Source: SAR86 cluster bacterium (GTDB lineage: Bacteria; Pseudomonadota; Gammaproteobacteria; Magnimaribacterales; TMED112). Taken from it: 64,000 nt of DNA. The translations under genes and the position numbers were made by a program. The stretch covers positions 842,307-906,306 of the forward strand of contig CP097968.1 of assembly GCA_023703555.1 (NCBI GenBank), in the 5' to 3' direction. This document shows positions 9,386 through 20,107 of this stretch, one piece after another. Numbering within the stretch: the first letter of the stretch is position 1; every line of letters begins with the position of its first letter. The notes under the pieces are model-generated. The model did not search any database. It was not told the DNA's origin and worked only from the letters and a program-made list of their open reading frames with translations.

Positions 9386-10289
9386 TTGTGAGCCAGCTTT
9401 GATATTGTTCTAACTTTCCACTCACAGTATCAAAATAGAGTTTTTGAATTAATGCAGTAACATCGCCACGTCTGCCATTTCCAATTTTGATTTTATCAAC
9501 ACTTTTAACTGGGGCTATCTCTGATGCTGTTCCACAAAGGAATACTTCGTCAGCAACACAAATTTCGTCTCGTGTAATATTTCTCTCTTTTACAGGAATA
9601 TTATTGTCTTTTGCAAATTCCACAACAGTTCTTCTGGTTATCCCATTGAGGCAGCAATTAAGCGAGGGTGTTAAAAGCTCTCCATCTTTTACTAAAAAAA
9701 TATTTTGGCCACTCCCTTCAGCAATAAATCCATTTGTATCAAGCAAGATTGCCTCTTGAAAACCATTTTTTCTTGCTAAGTCATGAGCCATAATTCCATT
9801 AACATAACCACCAGAGATTTTGCTTTTCGTCATCAAGCTATTTGGAAATTGTCTTGTGAATGAAGAAATCATTACATCGATTCCTTTTTCCTGTGCGTCT
9901 GATCCAAAATAGTTTGGCCACTCAATACAAGAAATCATTACATGCCTGTCAATATCAATAATATCTAAACCCAGCCTTTCACTGCCGATATAAACGAGAG
10001 GCCTTATATATGAGTTTGTTAGCTTTGATCTTTTTACAACTTCTATTTGTGCTTCAATTAGTTGATCTAAGGAGTAATCTACGTCAACACCTATTATCTT
10101 TGCTGATTCAAGAAGTCTTTTTGTGTGATCCACAAGTCTAAAAATAAGAGATTTTTTTCCATCATGTGATTGATACGATCTGACGCCTTCAAATGCTCCA
10201 AGCCCATAATGAAGCGTATGAGTAAGAGGACTTATTTTTGCCTGCTCTTTCGGTATGTATTCTCCGTCAGCCCAATATATATTTGACAT
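9375..10289 (-). CDS. ilvE: Branched-chain amino acid aminotransferase
   Basis: 304 aa, collinear with E. coli IlvE (HTLHYGLGAFEGVRSY, SYIRPLVYIG, NIFLVKDGELLTP, CGTASEIAPVKSVD). Confidence 0.9.
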   Translation of the reverse strand: MSNIYWADGEYIPKEQAKISPLTHTLHYGLGAFEGVRSYQSHDGKKSLIFRLVDHTKRLLESAKIIGVDVDYSLDQLIEAQIEVVKRSKLTNSYIRPLVYIGSERLGLDIIDIDRHVMISCIEWPNYFGSDAQEKGIDVMISSFTRQFPNSLMTKSKISGGYVNGIMAHDLARKNGFQEAILLDTNGFIAEGSGQNIFLVKDGELLTPSLNCCLNGITRRTVVEFAKDNNIPVKERNITRDEICVADEVFLCGTASEIAPVKSVDKIKIGNGRRGDVTALIQKLYFDTVSGKLEQYQSWLTSVE

Positions 10290-10330
10290 AGAAGTAAGTA
10301 TAATTAAAAGCAGAGTTCATTAAAACTGTG

Positions 10331-11695
10331 ATGAATAAAAATATCTTTAGAGCATACGACATTCGTGGAAATGCAAACACAGATCTTACTGATGATGTTG
10401 TTATAAAAATTGGTCTCATTCTTGGAAGGCTTGTTACTAAATATGGAGATAGAAAAATTTATTTGGGATATGACTCTAGATTATCTGCAGATAGAATAAA
10501 AACCTCATTAATAAGAGGTCTAAATGCTTCTAAAGTTGAACCAGTTTTGCTTGGTTTAGTCCCTACTCCTTTACTTTACTATGCTACAAAAGTTGGGGAA
10601 GTAAAACATGGCGTAATGATAACAGGAAGTCACAATCCAAAAGACGATAATGGCTTTAAGATGGTTATCAATGATTTGCCAGTTTCTGGAGAAGAAATTC
10701 TTGCAGGCATGAATAAATATGAGGATTTCAATGCAACTGAGGATAAATGTTCTGAAGTTGATTTTTCAGAACGCTACGTAGATGAAATTAAATCTCAAGT
10801 ATCAATAAAAGAAAAACCAAGAATTATTCTTGATCCTGGTAATGGTGCATCCGGCCCACTAGCAGAGAAACTTTTCAAGAAATTAAATCTCGATTTTGAG
10901 ATTATTAATATTATTCCTAACGGAAGTTTTCCTAATCATCATCCTGACCCATCTAAAGAAAAGAACCTGAATCAAATCTATTCAGAGATAATTACCAAAA
11001 ATTTTGACTATGGTTTTGCATTTGATGGTGATGGTGACAGAGTTGCTTTAATTACCAAAACACAAAAAATTATTTTTTCTGATACATTGGTTATGGTTTT
11101 AGCTAAAAAATATCTGGAAGAATTAGGGAAAGGCTCAATAGTCTATGACGTAAAGTGCAGTGATGATTTAGCGAAATTAATCTTAAACTATGGTGGTACA
11201 CCAATAATGGAAAAAACTGGCCACTTTAATATTAAGAAATCTTTAAAAAGTCATAATGCTATTTTAGGTGGAGAAATGTCTGGTCATATTTTTATAAACC
11301 ATAACTGGTATGGATTTGATGACGCTCTATATACCGCAGTGAAACTTATAGAAATTTTTTCTTCAGCTGGTAAACCGGTTGATGACATTATCAAAGGCAT
11401 GATGAGTTCATTTGCCACTCCAGAGTTAAATCTTTACATTAAGGAGAATCAAAAATTTAGCTTCATTGAAAAGTTTAAAAAAGAAATGAACTTTGATGAT
11501 GCAACAATTTCAGAAATTGACGGTATTCGTGTTAGCTATGAAAACTCATGGGGGCTTTTAAGAGCATCTAATACTTCTCCAAAACTTGTTCTTCGCTTTG
11601 AGGGAAAAAATATGAATGAGATGGAATTTATAAAATCAAAGTTTGAAGAGAATCTAAAAAGAATCTTCCCTGAAATTAACTTAAATTATCATTGA
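10331..11695 (+). CDS. Phosphomannomutase/phosphoglucomutase
   Basis: Active-site TGSHNPKDDNGFK, metal loop FDGDGDR and GGEMSGH. The track starts at GTG 10328. The adjacent ATG 10331 is more likely. Confidence 0.9.
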   Translation: MNKNIFRAYDIRGNANTDLTDDVVIKIGLILGRLVTKYGDRKIYLGYDSRLSADRIKTSLIRGLNASKVEPVLLGLVPTPLLYYATKVGEVKHGVMITGSHNPKDDNGFKMVINDLPVSGEEILAGMNKYEDFNATEDKCSEVDFSERYVDEIKSQVSIKEKPRIILDPGNGASGPLAEKLFKKLNLDFEIINIIPNGSFPNHHPDPSKEKNLNQIYSEIITKNFDYGFAFDGDGDRVALITKTQKIIFSDTLVMVLAKKYLEELGKGSIVYDVKCSDDLAKLILNYGGTPIMEKTGHFNIKKSLKSHNAILGGEMSGHIFINHNWYGFDDALYTAVKLIEIFSSAGKPVDDIIKGMMSSFATPELNLYIKENQKFSFIEKFKKEMNFDDATISEIDGIRVSYENSWGLLRASNTSPKLVLRFEGKNMNEMEFIKSKFEENLKRIFPEINLNYH

Positions 11696-11697
11696 AC

Positions 11698-14109
11698 TTA
11701 TTGAGCTAATAAATCTTCAAGGTTTTCTTCAAGAAAAAATTCAAAAATACTATTATCAAAGGTATTTGATACTAAGCCATTTGTCTTATTAATACGTACC
11801 ACAGCAATTTTTTCAGGCATAACATAATCTTTTTTTTGAATTTTCTCTTTTGAAAGGGTAATGAAATCTAGCCAAATTGGTAAAGCTGTAGTGCTTCCGT
11901 ATTCATTAGCACCTAGAGAGTCGCCATTGTCCTTGCCAACCCAAGCTGTGGCTACAATATCTTCTGCGTAACCTGAAAACCAGGTACTTACAGAATCATT
12001 AGTCGTCCCTGTTTTTCCTCCCATTTCATCAAGAGGGAGAATTAGATTTCTTTGCTTTGCATTTCTAAGCAAAGCTTCTTTTAAAATGTCACTAAGTATA
12101 AATGCTACCCTTTCATCAAGCGCTTGGAAATCAGGATCATTTCCAATTTTAATCATTGCTCTGCCACTATAGTCAAAACCCTCATTAGATAACCAAGGAA
12201 AGTTGACTGCATCATGACTACTATATTTTCGTCCATACTTTTCTTTTGGGTCAAATACTATCTCACCCTCAAGGTTCTCAATTCTGTCGATATAAAAAAG
12301 TTCTACATATTTCCCACTGTTTGCAAAAAGACTAAAATTTTGAGCAGTAAAAAAAGGGTTTGTTTGCCCTGAGCCAAGGGCAACTGAAAGATTAGCAACA
12401 AAAAGGTCTCTATTTAATCTGTAATTATTGAAACACTTCTGAATCCTTTCTATGCCTAAGGATTGAGCAAGTTTAATGGAAATCATGTTTAGTGATTGAA
12501 CCAACGCCTCTCTTAATCTTGTTGGACCATAAAATTCTCCTGAATTATTTTTGGGCCTCCACACTGATTCCAAATTTTCATCTTCAATCGCAATAGGGCC
12601 ATCTATTAGAACAGTCGAAGGGTTAAAACTATTTTCAAAAGCACAAGCATAAATAAAAGGCTTGAGGTTAGAACCGGGTTGAAGTGTAGAATTTTTTACA
12701 CGATCAAATTTAGATTCATTAAAATCAAACCCCCCGACATAGGACAGAAGATTTCCATTCTTACTATTAACAGCTACAAATGCAGCTTCTGCACTAGGAG
12801 ACTGAAATATCTCGGCCTCTTCTCCATTTTGTTTTAAGTAAATTACACTGCCCTTTTCTAAAAAATCTGTAAATCCTTCAGCTTTTGCGTTTGACTCAAT
12901 ATTTTGTTTTCTTGCCCATGAAAAATTTTCTGACCAAAGAATTCTTTTAAAATTTAATGATTGATCAAGAGTTAGAATTTCTTGGTCTGATAGATCAATT
13001 ACAATTGAAGGTAATTGCTCATTTAATTTGATTAATCCACTTAAAAAGTCCTCAGCATCTTTCATGGTGTTATTCATGTAGCTTTCATTATCAAAACTTA
13101 GATCGTTGCTGATTAATTTTTGATAGTAATTTTTGATACTTTCAAAATCCAAACTTTTATAAATCGTTTCTGGCTCCCAGCCATATCTTTTTTGGTAATT
13201 GATCAAATTATTTGTTACTGATTTTACAGCGTTGGATTGCATCTCTGAATCTAATGTTGTGTAGACGTTTAAACCATCTTCATATGCACTCAGTCCAAAG
13301 CGATTAATTACATCCAGCCTAACTTGTTCTGCAAAATGTTGTGCACTTACCTCTATTTCAGGACCAAAACTTTTTGAAGTTACATTTACAGTTAAGCTAT
13401 TTTCATATTCTTCATTTGAAATATAGTCATTTGAAAGCATTCTTCGTAAAACCAAATCTCGTCTTCTTTCTGCCTGAAGGGGACTTCTAATAGGATTTAC
13501 AGTTGATGGTCTTTGCAATATTGCAGCTAAAAGTGCCGCTTCCGAAATACTAGCTTCAGAGATATCTTTTCCAAAATAATATTGATACGCTGCAGCAAAA
13601 CCATAATTCCTATTACCTAGAAATGCTTTATTAAAGTAAAGTTCAAAAATTTTTTCTTTCGTCAAGATATCTTCAAGACGTAATGCTAGGATTATTTCTT
13701 TAATTTTCCTTTCGTATGTTCTCTCGAATGATAAAACATAATTTCTTACAACTTGCATAGTTATTGTTCCACCTCCCCCAAGGGAAAGTCCAAACAATTC
13801 TCCATAAGTTGCTCTAAGTAAACTTGTTAATTTAATTCCAGAATGCTCGAAGAAGTCATTATCCTCAGCCGCTAAAATCGCAAGCTTTAAATTTTCTGGA
13901 ATTTCGTCATACTCCACAATTCGTCTTTTCTCAGTACCAAAAAGCCCAAGAAGTTTATTGTCTGCACTATAGATCCTCATGGGATTTGTAAGCTTTATCT
14001 CAGTGATAGTCTCAATTTTTGGCAAGTTTTGCGAAAAAGAGATAAATACACTGCCTAGAATAGACATCGAAGCCAAAAGAAAAACTAATATATAGCGTAG
14101 TAAAAGCAT
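11698..14109 (-). CDS. mrcA: Penicillin-binding protein 1A (bifunctional glycosyltransferase/transpeptidase)
   Basis: 803 aa with GT51 motifs EDNDFFEHSGI and RKIKE, and transpeptidase motifs SNLK (SxxK), SLN (SxN) and KTGTT. Confidence 0.9.
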   Translation of the reverse strand: MLLLRYILVFLLASMSILGSVFISFSQNLPKIETITEIKLTNPMRIYSADNKLLGLFGTEKRRIVEYDEIPENLKLAILAAEDNDFFEHSGIKLTSLLRATYGELFGLSLGGGGTITMQVVRNYVLSFERTYERKIKEIILALRLEDILTKEKIFELYFNKAFLGNRNYGFAAAYQYYFGKDISEASISEAALLAAILQRPSTVNPIRSPLQAERRRDLVLRRMLSNDYISNEEYENSLTVNVTSKSFGPEIEVSAQHFAEQVRLDVINRFGLSAYEDGLNVYTTLDSEMQSNAVKSVTNNLINYQKRYGWEPETIYKSLDFESIKNYYQKLISNDLSFDNESYMNNTMKDAEDFLSGLIKLNEQLPSIVIDLSDQEILTLDQSLNFKRILWSENFSWARKQNIESNAKAEGFTDFLEKGSVIYLKQNGEEAEIFQSPSAEAAFVAVNSKNGNLLSYVGGFDFNESKFDRVKNSTLQPGSNLKPFIYACAFENSFNPSTVLIDGPIAIEDENLESVWRPKNNSGEFYGPTRLREALVQSLNMISIKLAQSLGIERIQKCFNNYRLNRDLFVANLSVALGSGQTNPFFTAQNFSLFANSGKYVELFYIDRIENLEGEIVFDPKEKYGRKYSSHDAVNFPWLSNEGFDYSGRAMIKIGNDPDFQALDERVAFILSDILKEALLRNAKQRNLILPLDEMGGKTGTTNDSVSTWFSGYAEDIVATAWVGKDNGDSLGANEYGSTTALPIWLDFITLSKEKIQKKDYVMPEKIAVVRINKTNGLVSNTFDNSIFEFFLEENLEDLLAQ

Positions 14110-14151
14110 ACTGATATATTATTATGCAAAATTTAAAAAAAACTTAGTGAT

Positions 14152-14658
14152 ATGAATATTTTTCTTGTTGGAATGATGGGGGCTGGCAAATCCTCTGTAG
14201 GTTCACTTCTGGCTAGTGATCTTAGTTATGAATTCGTAGACCTTGATAAATCTATTGAAAGACAATTAGGCAAAAGCATAAATGCCATTTTTAAAACATA
14301 TGGAGAGAGTTATTTTAGAGAAATGGAGCAAAAAAAGTTATTTGAACATAAAAATACGGACAAGAAGGTAGTTTCTACAGGCGGTGGTGTTATTTTGAAC
14401 CAAGAAAATAAGGAATTTCTGTCACAAGAAAATACTTATTTTCTTGACGCTAGTGCCACTATTCTGTGGGAGAGAGCTTCTAGAAAGAAATATAAAAGAC
14501 CACTTCTTGAGGGGTTAACATTTAATGCATTTGATGAGCTTTACAATATTAGAAGAAGCCTTTATTCTTCATGCTCTAAAACAATAGTCAATACAGAGAA
14601 TAAGAGCATTGCTTTGATTGTCGAAGAAATAAAAAATTATGCAAACAATAATTATTGA
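14152..14658 (+). CDS. aroK: Shikimate kinase
   Basis: 168 aa with P-loop GMMGAGKSSVG. Immediately upstream of aroB, the classical aroKB pair. Confidence 0.9.
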   Translation: MNIFLVGMMGAGKSSVGSLLASDLSYEFVDLDKSIERQLGKSINAIFKTYGESYFREMEQKKLFEHKNTDKKVVSTGGGVILNQENKEFLSQENTYFLDASATILWERASRKKYKRPLLEGLTFNAFDELYNIRRSLYSSCSKTIVNTENKSIALIVEEIKNYANNNY

Positions 14659-15712
14659 AAATGGTAAAGATAAAGTTGATGTGCTTTATCATCAGGATAT
14701 TGATAACCTTAAAAAAGAATTTTCACTAAGAAGTAAATCAATCTTTGTTATTGATCATAAAGTTTTTCAAAATAAACAATTAAAAGATGCATTAGTTGGA
14801 TCAGAGGAAAATATTTTTTTAATTAAAGATCCTGAATTAAATAAAAGCTTCAAGGTGCTTGAAAAAATCCTCGAATTTTTCCACTCTAAAAAACTAAACA
14901 GAAACGACACAATTTTTGCCGTAGGAGGAGGTGCAGTAACGGATTTAGCTGCATTTGCCGCGTCTATCTTTAAAAGAGGCATAAACCTGACATTGATACC
15001 AACCTCCTTACTAGCTCAGGTTGACGCAACTATTGGAGGAAAAACTGGAATAAATTTCCATGGCATAAAGAACCTCATTGGAAGCTTCTATAACCCCAAA
15101 AAAATAATCATATGTACGGGATTCTTATCATCTTTAAACGATCAGGAATATTTGAATGGCTTTTCAGAAATAATTAAACACTCAATTTTAAAATCATCAG
15201 ATGAATGTTTAAATCTAATAGAAAATAGTGAAAAAATTAATTCCAGAGAAGAAACATTCTTAAGAGAATTAATAGAAAGGTCTTTGAAAATAAAAACCAA
15301 TGTAATTTCACAAGACTTTAAAGAGAAAGGACAAAGAAAATTTCTTAACTTTGGGCATACATTTGCTCATGGAATTGAATATGCTAACAAAGAAAATCCA
15401 GTTTTACATGGGCATGCAGTCCATATAGGAATGCAAATGGCTACTGAATTCTCAATACAAAAGAAAATTATTTCCATGGAAGACTATCAAATCTGTAAAG
15501 ATTTATTTGGTCTTTTTGGTTACGACTTTACTAAGATAAAACTGAATGCTGAAGAGATTTTTCAGGCTATGAAATTAGATAAAAAGAATGATAGCGACAA
15601 AGTTACTCTCATTCTTCTGAAGTCAATAGGAAGCCCTGTTGCTGTTGAGGTGGATGATGAGAATGAATTGTTGTCATTTCTTCAAGAATTTATAGATAAT
15701 TTTGAACGATAA
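14639..15712 (+). CDS. aroB: 3-dehydroquinate synthase
   Basis: 357 aa with GGGAVTDLAAFAAS, DATIGGKTGIN and GHTFAHGIE motifs. Confidence 0.9.
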   Translation: MQTIIIENGKDKVDVLYHQDIDNLKKEFSLRSKSIFVIDHKVFQNKQLKDALVGSEENIFLIKDPELNKSFKVLEKILEFFHSKKLNRNDTIFAVGGGAVTDLAAFAASIFKRGINLTLIPTSLLAQVDATIGGKTGINFHGIKNLIGSFYNPKKIIICTGFLSSLNDQEYLNGFSEIIKHSILKSSDECLNLIENSEKINSREETFLRELIERSLKIKTNVISQDFKEKGQRKFLNFGHTFAHGIEYANKENPVLHGHAVHIGMQMATEFSIQKKIISMEDYQICKDLFGLFGYDFTKIKLNAEEIFQAMKLDKKNDSDKVTLILLKSIGSPVAVEVDDENELLSFLQEFIDNFER

Positions 15713-16709
15713 TTTTTTAAATGCTCTGCAGAGAACAAATGCAAATAGGTATGTACCTGTATGGCTTTTAAGGCAAGCTGGTAGATATCTTCCCGAATAT
15801 AGAAAGATTCGAGCAAAGAATGAAGATTTTTTTGCAATGATTAAAAAACCGGAAGTGTGTTGTGAGCTAACACTTCAACCACTACGAAGATTTAAACTTG
15901 ATGCCGCTATTACTTTTACAGATATTTTAACTATCCCAGACGCTCTAGGCTTAGAAGTTGAATTTGTTAAAAATAAGGGTCCGGTATTTAAAAAATCTTT
16001 TCTTCAAAATAAGAGCCTCAGACTTGATCAAACCAATTTTCTTGACAGGCTTGATTATGTTTTTCAGGCAACCAATCTCATAAAATCTAATATTGATTTA
16101 CCACTTATAGGTTTCTGTGGAAGCCCTTGGACAATTTTTACTTATATGTTTTATGGAGAGTCTCCAAAAAATTTTGCAATCATAAAGGATTATATTAGAG
16201 AGAATATTGAAAGTACCGAAGAGACTCTAGACTTACTGACACAACTATCTATCGTCTATTTAAAGGAGCAAGCTAAATATGGAGCTGATTGTCTTCAAAT
16301 CTTTGACTCTTGGGGTGGTATTCTTGGAGATGATTATGTTAAGTACTCATTAAAGTATATAAATGAAATTCGTAAAGAGTTACCACAAAATATACCAATC
16401 ATCCTTTATTCAAGGGGTCAAAAAGTTATAGAGTTTCTTAAAGACTCAGATGTCAAGATATTTAATTTTGATTCATCAGAGAAACTCGAAAAGTACATTG
16501 ACTTACCTCTCACAGTTCAAGGTAATCTTGATCCAAAAGTATTTAATAATAGTGATCAAAAGCTAATATCTTTAGCCGAAGATATTTATTTAAAATTCTC
16601 TCAAAAAAATAACTACATATGTAATCTTGGAAGTGGTTTAACTCCTGATATTAATCCAGAAAAAGTAGGCACTTTTTTAAATCATCTAAGATTTCTTAAT
16701 TCTCAGTAA
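15702..16709 (+). CDS. hemE: Uroporphyrinogen decarboxylase
   Basis: 335 aa with the PVWLLRQAGRYLPEYR signature and FDSWGG. Confidence 0.9.
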   Translation: MNDNFLNALQRTNANRYVPVWLLRQAGRYLPEYRKIRAKNEDFFAMIKKPEVCCELTLQPLRRFKLDAAITFTDILTIPDALGLEVEFVKNKGPVFKKSFLQNKSLRLDQTNFLDRLDYVFQATNLIKSNIDLPLIGFCGSPWTIFTYMFYGESPKNFAIIKDYIRENIESTEETLDLLTQLSIVYLKEQAKYGADCLQIFDSWGGILGDDYVKYSLKYINEIRKELPQNIPIILYSRGQKVIEFLKDSDVKIFNFDSSEKLEKYIDLPLTVQGNLDPKVFNNSDQKLISLAEDIYLKFSQKNNYICNLGSGLTPDINPEKVGTFLNHLRFLNSQ

Positions 16710-17591
16710 TCCTTCTTGGATCACAGATGCTATAACTTCCCCATCTCTCGTAAAAAAAGTCCCTCTGCCAAGGTTCCTTGAGTTCCCTGTGAATGGACTA
16801 TCTGTTGAGTACAAGATCCAATCATTCCAGATAAAGTCTTTTTTATGAAACCACATAGCATGATCTAAACTTGCCATTAATATATCCGGTGACATATAAC
16901 TTAATCCATGTGCATAAAGCCCTGGTGCAAGCAAGCCAGCATCCGACACATAGGCAAGAAATGCTTTATTAAGAGTATTATCTAAAGGTATATCTCCATT
17001 AGGTTTAATCCAGACGTTTCTGATGGGAAGCATTTTCTTAGGGTCAAAGACATCGTTCCACTCTACAACTTTCTGAGCATACTCTCTTTGTTTAAGAAAA
17101 ATATCTTCTAGTCCTTTTGGAACTTTATCTATATTTTCTTCTCGCATTTGTATTTCGTCTTTTAGGTTTTCTGGCATTGGTACCTTAGGCATCTCTATAC
17201 TATGATGATATTGATTTGGCTCATCTTTTTGAAATGAAGCTGTCATGGTGAAAATTACCTCTTTGTTTTGAATAGCTTTTACAGTTCTCGTAAAAAAGCT
17301 TTTTCCATCTCTCACAGGATCAACATTAAATGTAATAGGTTTTTTCATGATGCCTGGACGTAAAAAGTAAGCATGGAGTGAGTGAAGATGTAAATCAGAG
17401 GATACAGTTGATTGGGCTGCAACAAAAGATTGAGCAATTACTTGGCCACCAAAAATCCTTGAAATTCCGGCACTTTTTCCGTTAAAACAAAAAATAAATT
17501 CTTCTAATTGCTCAAGCTGAAGTCTTTCAAGAACTCTATTAAAAGGGTTTGAGGATGAGTTAGTGCCGGAAAGACGATCACTCTTGCTCAT
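16686..17591 (-). CDS. tesB: Acyl-CoA thioesterase II
   Basis: 301 aa with IFGGQVIAQS...LHSLHAYFLRPG, typical of the TesB double hot-dog fold. Confidence 0.85.
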   Translation of the reverse strand: MSKSDRLSGTNSSSNPFNRVLERLQLEQLEEFIFCFNGKSAGISRIFGGQVIAQSFVAAQSTVSSDLHLHSLHAYFLRPGIMKKPITFNVDPVRDGKSFFTRTVKAIQNKEVIFTMTASFQKDEPNQYHHSIEMPKVPMPENLKDEIQMREENIDKVPKGLEDIFLKQREYAQKVVEWNDVFDPKKMLPIRNVWIKPNGDIPLDNTLNKAFLAYVSDAGLLAPGLYAHGLSYMSPDILMASLDHAMWFHKKDFIWNDWILYSTDSPFTGNSRNLGRGTFFTRDGEVIASVIQEGLLRIKKS

Positions 17592-18343
17592 TGTGCCGAT
17601 AAGCCTCCATCTATCAATAGCTCTGTACCCGTGATCATTTTGGATTCATCAGATGCTAGAAATAGTATGGCGTTTGCGATGTCCTCAACCTCTGCAAGTC
17701 TTCTTATTGGTACTTGTTTTTCAAGTTTTTTTAATAATTCTCCTGATGGATCGCTTGAAAAGAACGATTTCATCAATTCAGTGTTAGCAAATACTGGGTG
17801 AATGCTATTGCATCTCACTAGGTCTGTTGTGCGTGCGCAATGCAGAGCTACAGATTTTGATAAATGTCGCACAGCAGCTTTAGCACTGTTGTATGCAGCA
17901 AAATTATGGCCTGCAACAATGCCGGAAATAGACGAGACATTTATGATTGACCCATTGCCAGAATCTCTCAACACAGGTAATGCGTATTTGCAACCATAGA
18001 ATACAGAATCTAGGTCAACTTTATGGATTGTGTTCCAATCCTCAAGGGTGGTTGCTTCAACGTTCGAAACATGACCAATGCCAGCATTATTGACGAGAAT
18101 ATTTAAACCATGACCTTCTGATTTAACATGATCAATAACTTCCTGCCACCTTTCTGTATCTGTAACGTCATGCTCTAGAAAACTTACGCCTATCTCCTCA
18201 GCAATTTCTTCACCTTTTTTAGTATTTATATCAGTAATATATACAGTGCAGCCATTGTGTTTGAATAATTTTGCAGTGGCGCTTCCAAAGCCACCAGCTC
18301 CCCCTGTTATAAGAGCCACTTTATTTTTCAACCGGTCAGACAT
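17588..18343 (-). CDS. Short-chain dehydrogenase/reductase (SDR)
   Basis: 251 aa with TGGAGGFG (cofactor site), NNAG and YNSAK (YxxxK catalytic). Substrate unknown. Confidence 0.85.
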   Translation of the reverse strand: MSDRLKNKVALITGGAGGFGSATAKLFKHNGCTVYITDINTKKGEEIAEEIGVSFLEHDVTDTERWQEVIDHVKSEGHGLNILVNNAGIGHVSNVEATTLEDWNTIHKVDLDSVFYGCKYALPVLRDSGNGSIINVSSISGIVAGHNFAAYNSAKAAVRHLSKSVALHCARTTDLVRCNSIHPVFANTELMKSFFSSDPSGELLKKLEKQVPIRRLAEVEDIANAILFLASDESKMITGTELLIDGGLSAQ

Positions 18344-18385
18344 AAAATATGAGTAAGCCGTTAGTATACAGTTAGAAATTTAAAG

Positions 18386-19504
18386 ATGAAAAATAAAATT
18401 GTTCAAAATCGACCTGAAGAGATAATGCAATATCCGGAAATTAATCCAAAGGAGCAAGATGCTGTTGAATGTGTTAATGAAATCTTTAGAAGTCCTTTAA
18501 CAGGATCATATACTTGGGACTATACAGTTGTTGAAGACCGAATAAAAAAACTTTACGAGCTAGGTAAGAGACTAAACTGGAATGTTGAATTTGATCTGGA
18601 TTGGTCTCAAGAATTTCCCAAAGATAAACCTATGATAAATCAAGAAATCTTTAAATTTCCTGAGGAAAATTTGCCTGGTATTGAGGACTTAACAGAAGCT
18701 CAAAGAATTGAAATGGATAGGCACAGAGTATCATGGCAGTTGAGTCAGTTTTTACATGGTGAACAAGGTGCATTACTGGTAGCATCACAATTAGTTTCAT
18801 GTGCACCAACTTTCAATGCAAAAATGTATGCTGCATCGCAAACTTTTGATGAAGCAAGACATGTAGAAGGATTTAATAAGTTCCTTAAAGAAAAAATTGG
18901 TTTTCAGTATCCAGCAACAGATGGATTGAAGTCGCTTATGGATAAAATCCTTACAGATGAACGTTGGGATCTAAAATTTATTGGTATGCAAATTATTATT
19001 GAAGGTTTAGCCTTAGCTGCATTTAACAATATGAAAATAATATTAAATGATGGGCTTTTAAAACAATTACTGCATTATGTAATTCGTGATGAAGCAAGGC
19101 ATGTTACATTTGGTGTAAATTATCTTGAAGATTATTTAAAAACTCTTTCAAAGTCTCAAATCGAGGATAGGGCACAGTTTGCCTTTGAAGCATGTGTTGT
19201 TATGCGAGATAGGCTTATTACTGGTGATGTAATCTCAAGGTTTTTAGATATCTCAAAAGAGGAAGCAACTGAAATAACAGCTAATTCTGGCCAAGGTGAG
19301 CATTTTAAAAATATGCTTTTTACAAAAATCATTCCAAATCTAACAAGAATAGGTTTAATAACTGATAAGGTGAAACCAAAATATGACAAACTAGGTGTTC
19401 TTAGTTATCAAGAAATGGAAGATAACTTCAATGTGGATTGGGCGGAGATATCAAAACCATATGAAACTCAAGAAGAAATAGAACGAGAAATCGGTTTTAA
19501 TTAA
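18386..19504 (+). CDS. Ferritin-like di-iron carboxylate protein (AurF/R2-like oxygenase family)
   Basis: 372 aa with the four-helix di-iron ligand pattern E...ExxH...E...ExxH (HGEQG; DEARHVEGF; IIEGLA; RDEARHVTF). The family-level call is inference. Confidence 0.55.
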   Translation: MKNKIVQNRPEEIMQYPEINPKEQDAVECVNEIFRSPLTGSYTWDYTVVEDRIKKLYELGKRLNWNVEFDLDWSQEFPKDKPMINQEIFKFPEENLPGIEDLTEAQRIEMDRHRVSWQLSQFLHGEQGALLVASQLVSCAPTFNAKMYAASQTFDEARHVEGFNKFLKEKIGFQYPATDGLKSLMDKILTDERWDLKFIGMQIIIEGLALAAFNNMKIILNDGLLKQLLHYVIRDEARHVTFGVNYLEDYLKTLSKSQIEDRAQFAFEACVVMRDRLITGDVISRFLDISKEEATEITANSGQGEHFKNMLFTKIIPNLTRIGLITDKVKPKYDKLGVLSYQEMEDNFNVDWAEISKPYETQEEIEREIGFN

Positions 19505-20090
19505 CTAGCTCTGCCTTCAAAAGAACTACAACTTCAACAGGTACATCCTGATAGCCTTTGAGACCCCCAGTTTGTACTCCAGCAATTTCATCAACAACTT
19601 CAATCCCCTCTATGACTTGACCAAAGACTGCATAGCCCCATCCCTCATCAACTTGATTAGTTCTAAAATTTAAAAAAGGATTGTCCACATGGTTAATAAA
19701 AAACTGCGACGATGCTGAATGTGGGTTTGCTGTTCTAGCCATGGCAATGCTTCCTCGAACATTTTGTAGACCATTATTTGCTTCATTAAGTATTGGATCA
19801 AGCTTGTCGTCTTTTGGTGTCATATCTTCAAGATGCCCACCACCTTGAATCATAAAATTTGGAATTACACGATGAAAAATTGTGCCGTCATAGAATCCAC
19901 TCTCGACATATTTAAGAAAGTTTTCTGTTGTAATAGGTGCATTTTCTTGATCTAGTTGAATAGTTATCTCACCCATAGATGTTGTAAGTTTTACTGTCGG
20001 CATAGCTTCTCCTTTAAAAAATATTACTGATAAAAAATAAACGCCCAAGACAAATAAAATACCCGCTAGGACATACTTCAAATTTTTCAT
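19497..20090 (-). CDS. ppiA: Periplasmic peptidyl-prolyl cis-trans isomerase, cyclophilin type
   Basis: 197 aa with a signal peptide and FHRVIPNFMIQGGG...SQFFIN. Confidence 0.9.
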   Translation of the reverse strand: MKNLKYVLAGILFVLGVYFLSVIFFKGEAMPTVKLTTSMGEITIQLDQENAPITTENFLKYVESGFYDGTIFHRVIPNFMIQGGGHLEDMTPKDDKLDPILNEANNGLQNVRGSIAMARTANPHSASSQFFINHVDNPFLNFRTNQVDEGWGYAVFGQVIEGIEVVDEIAGVQTGGLKGYQDVPVEVVVLLKAELVN

Positions 20091-20107
20091 AAATTAATTA
20101 TATCCTA

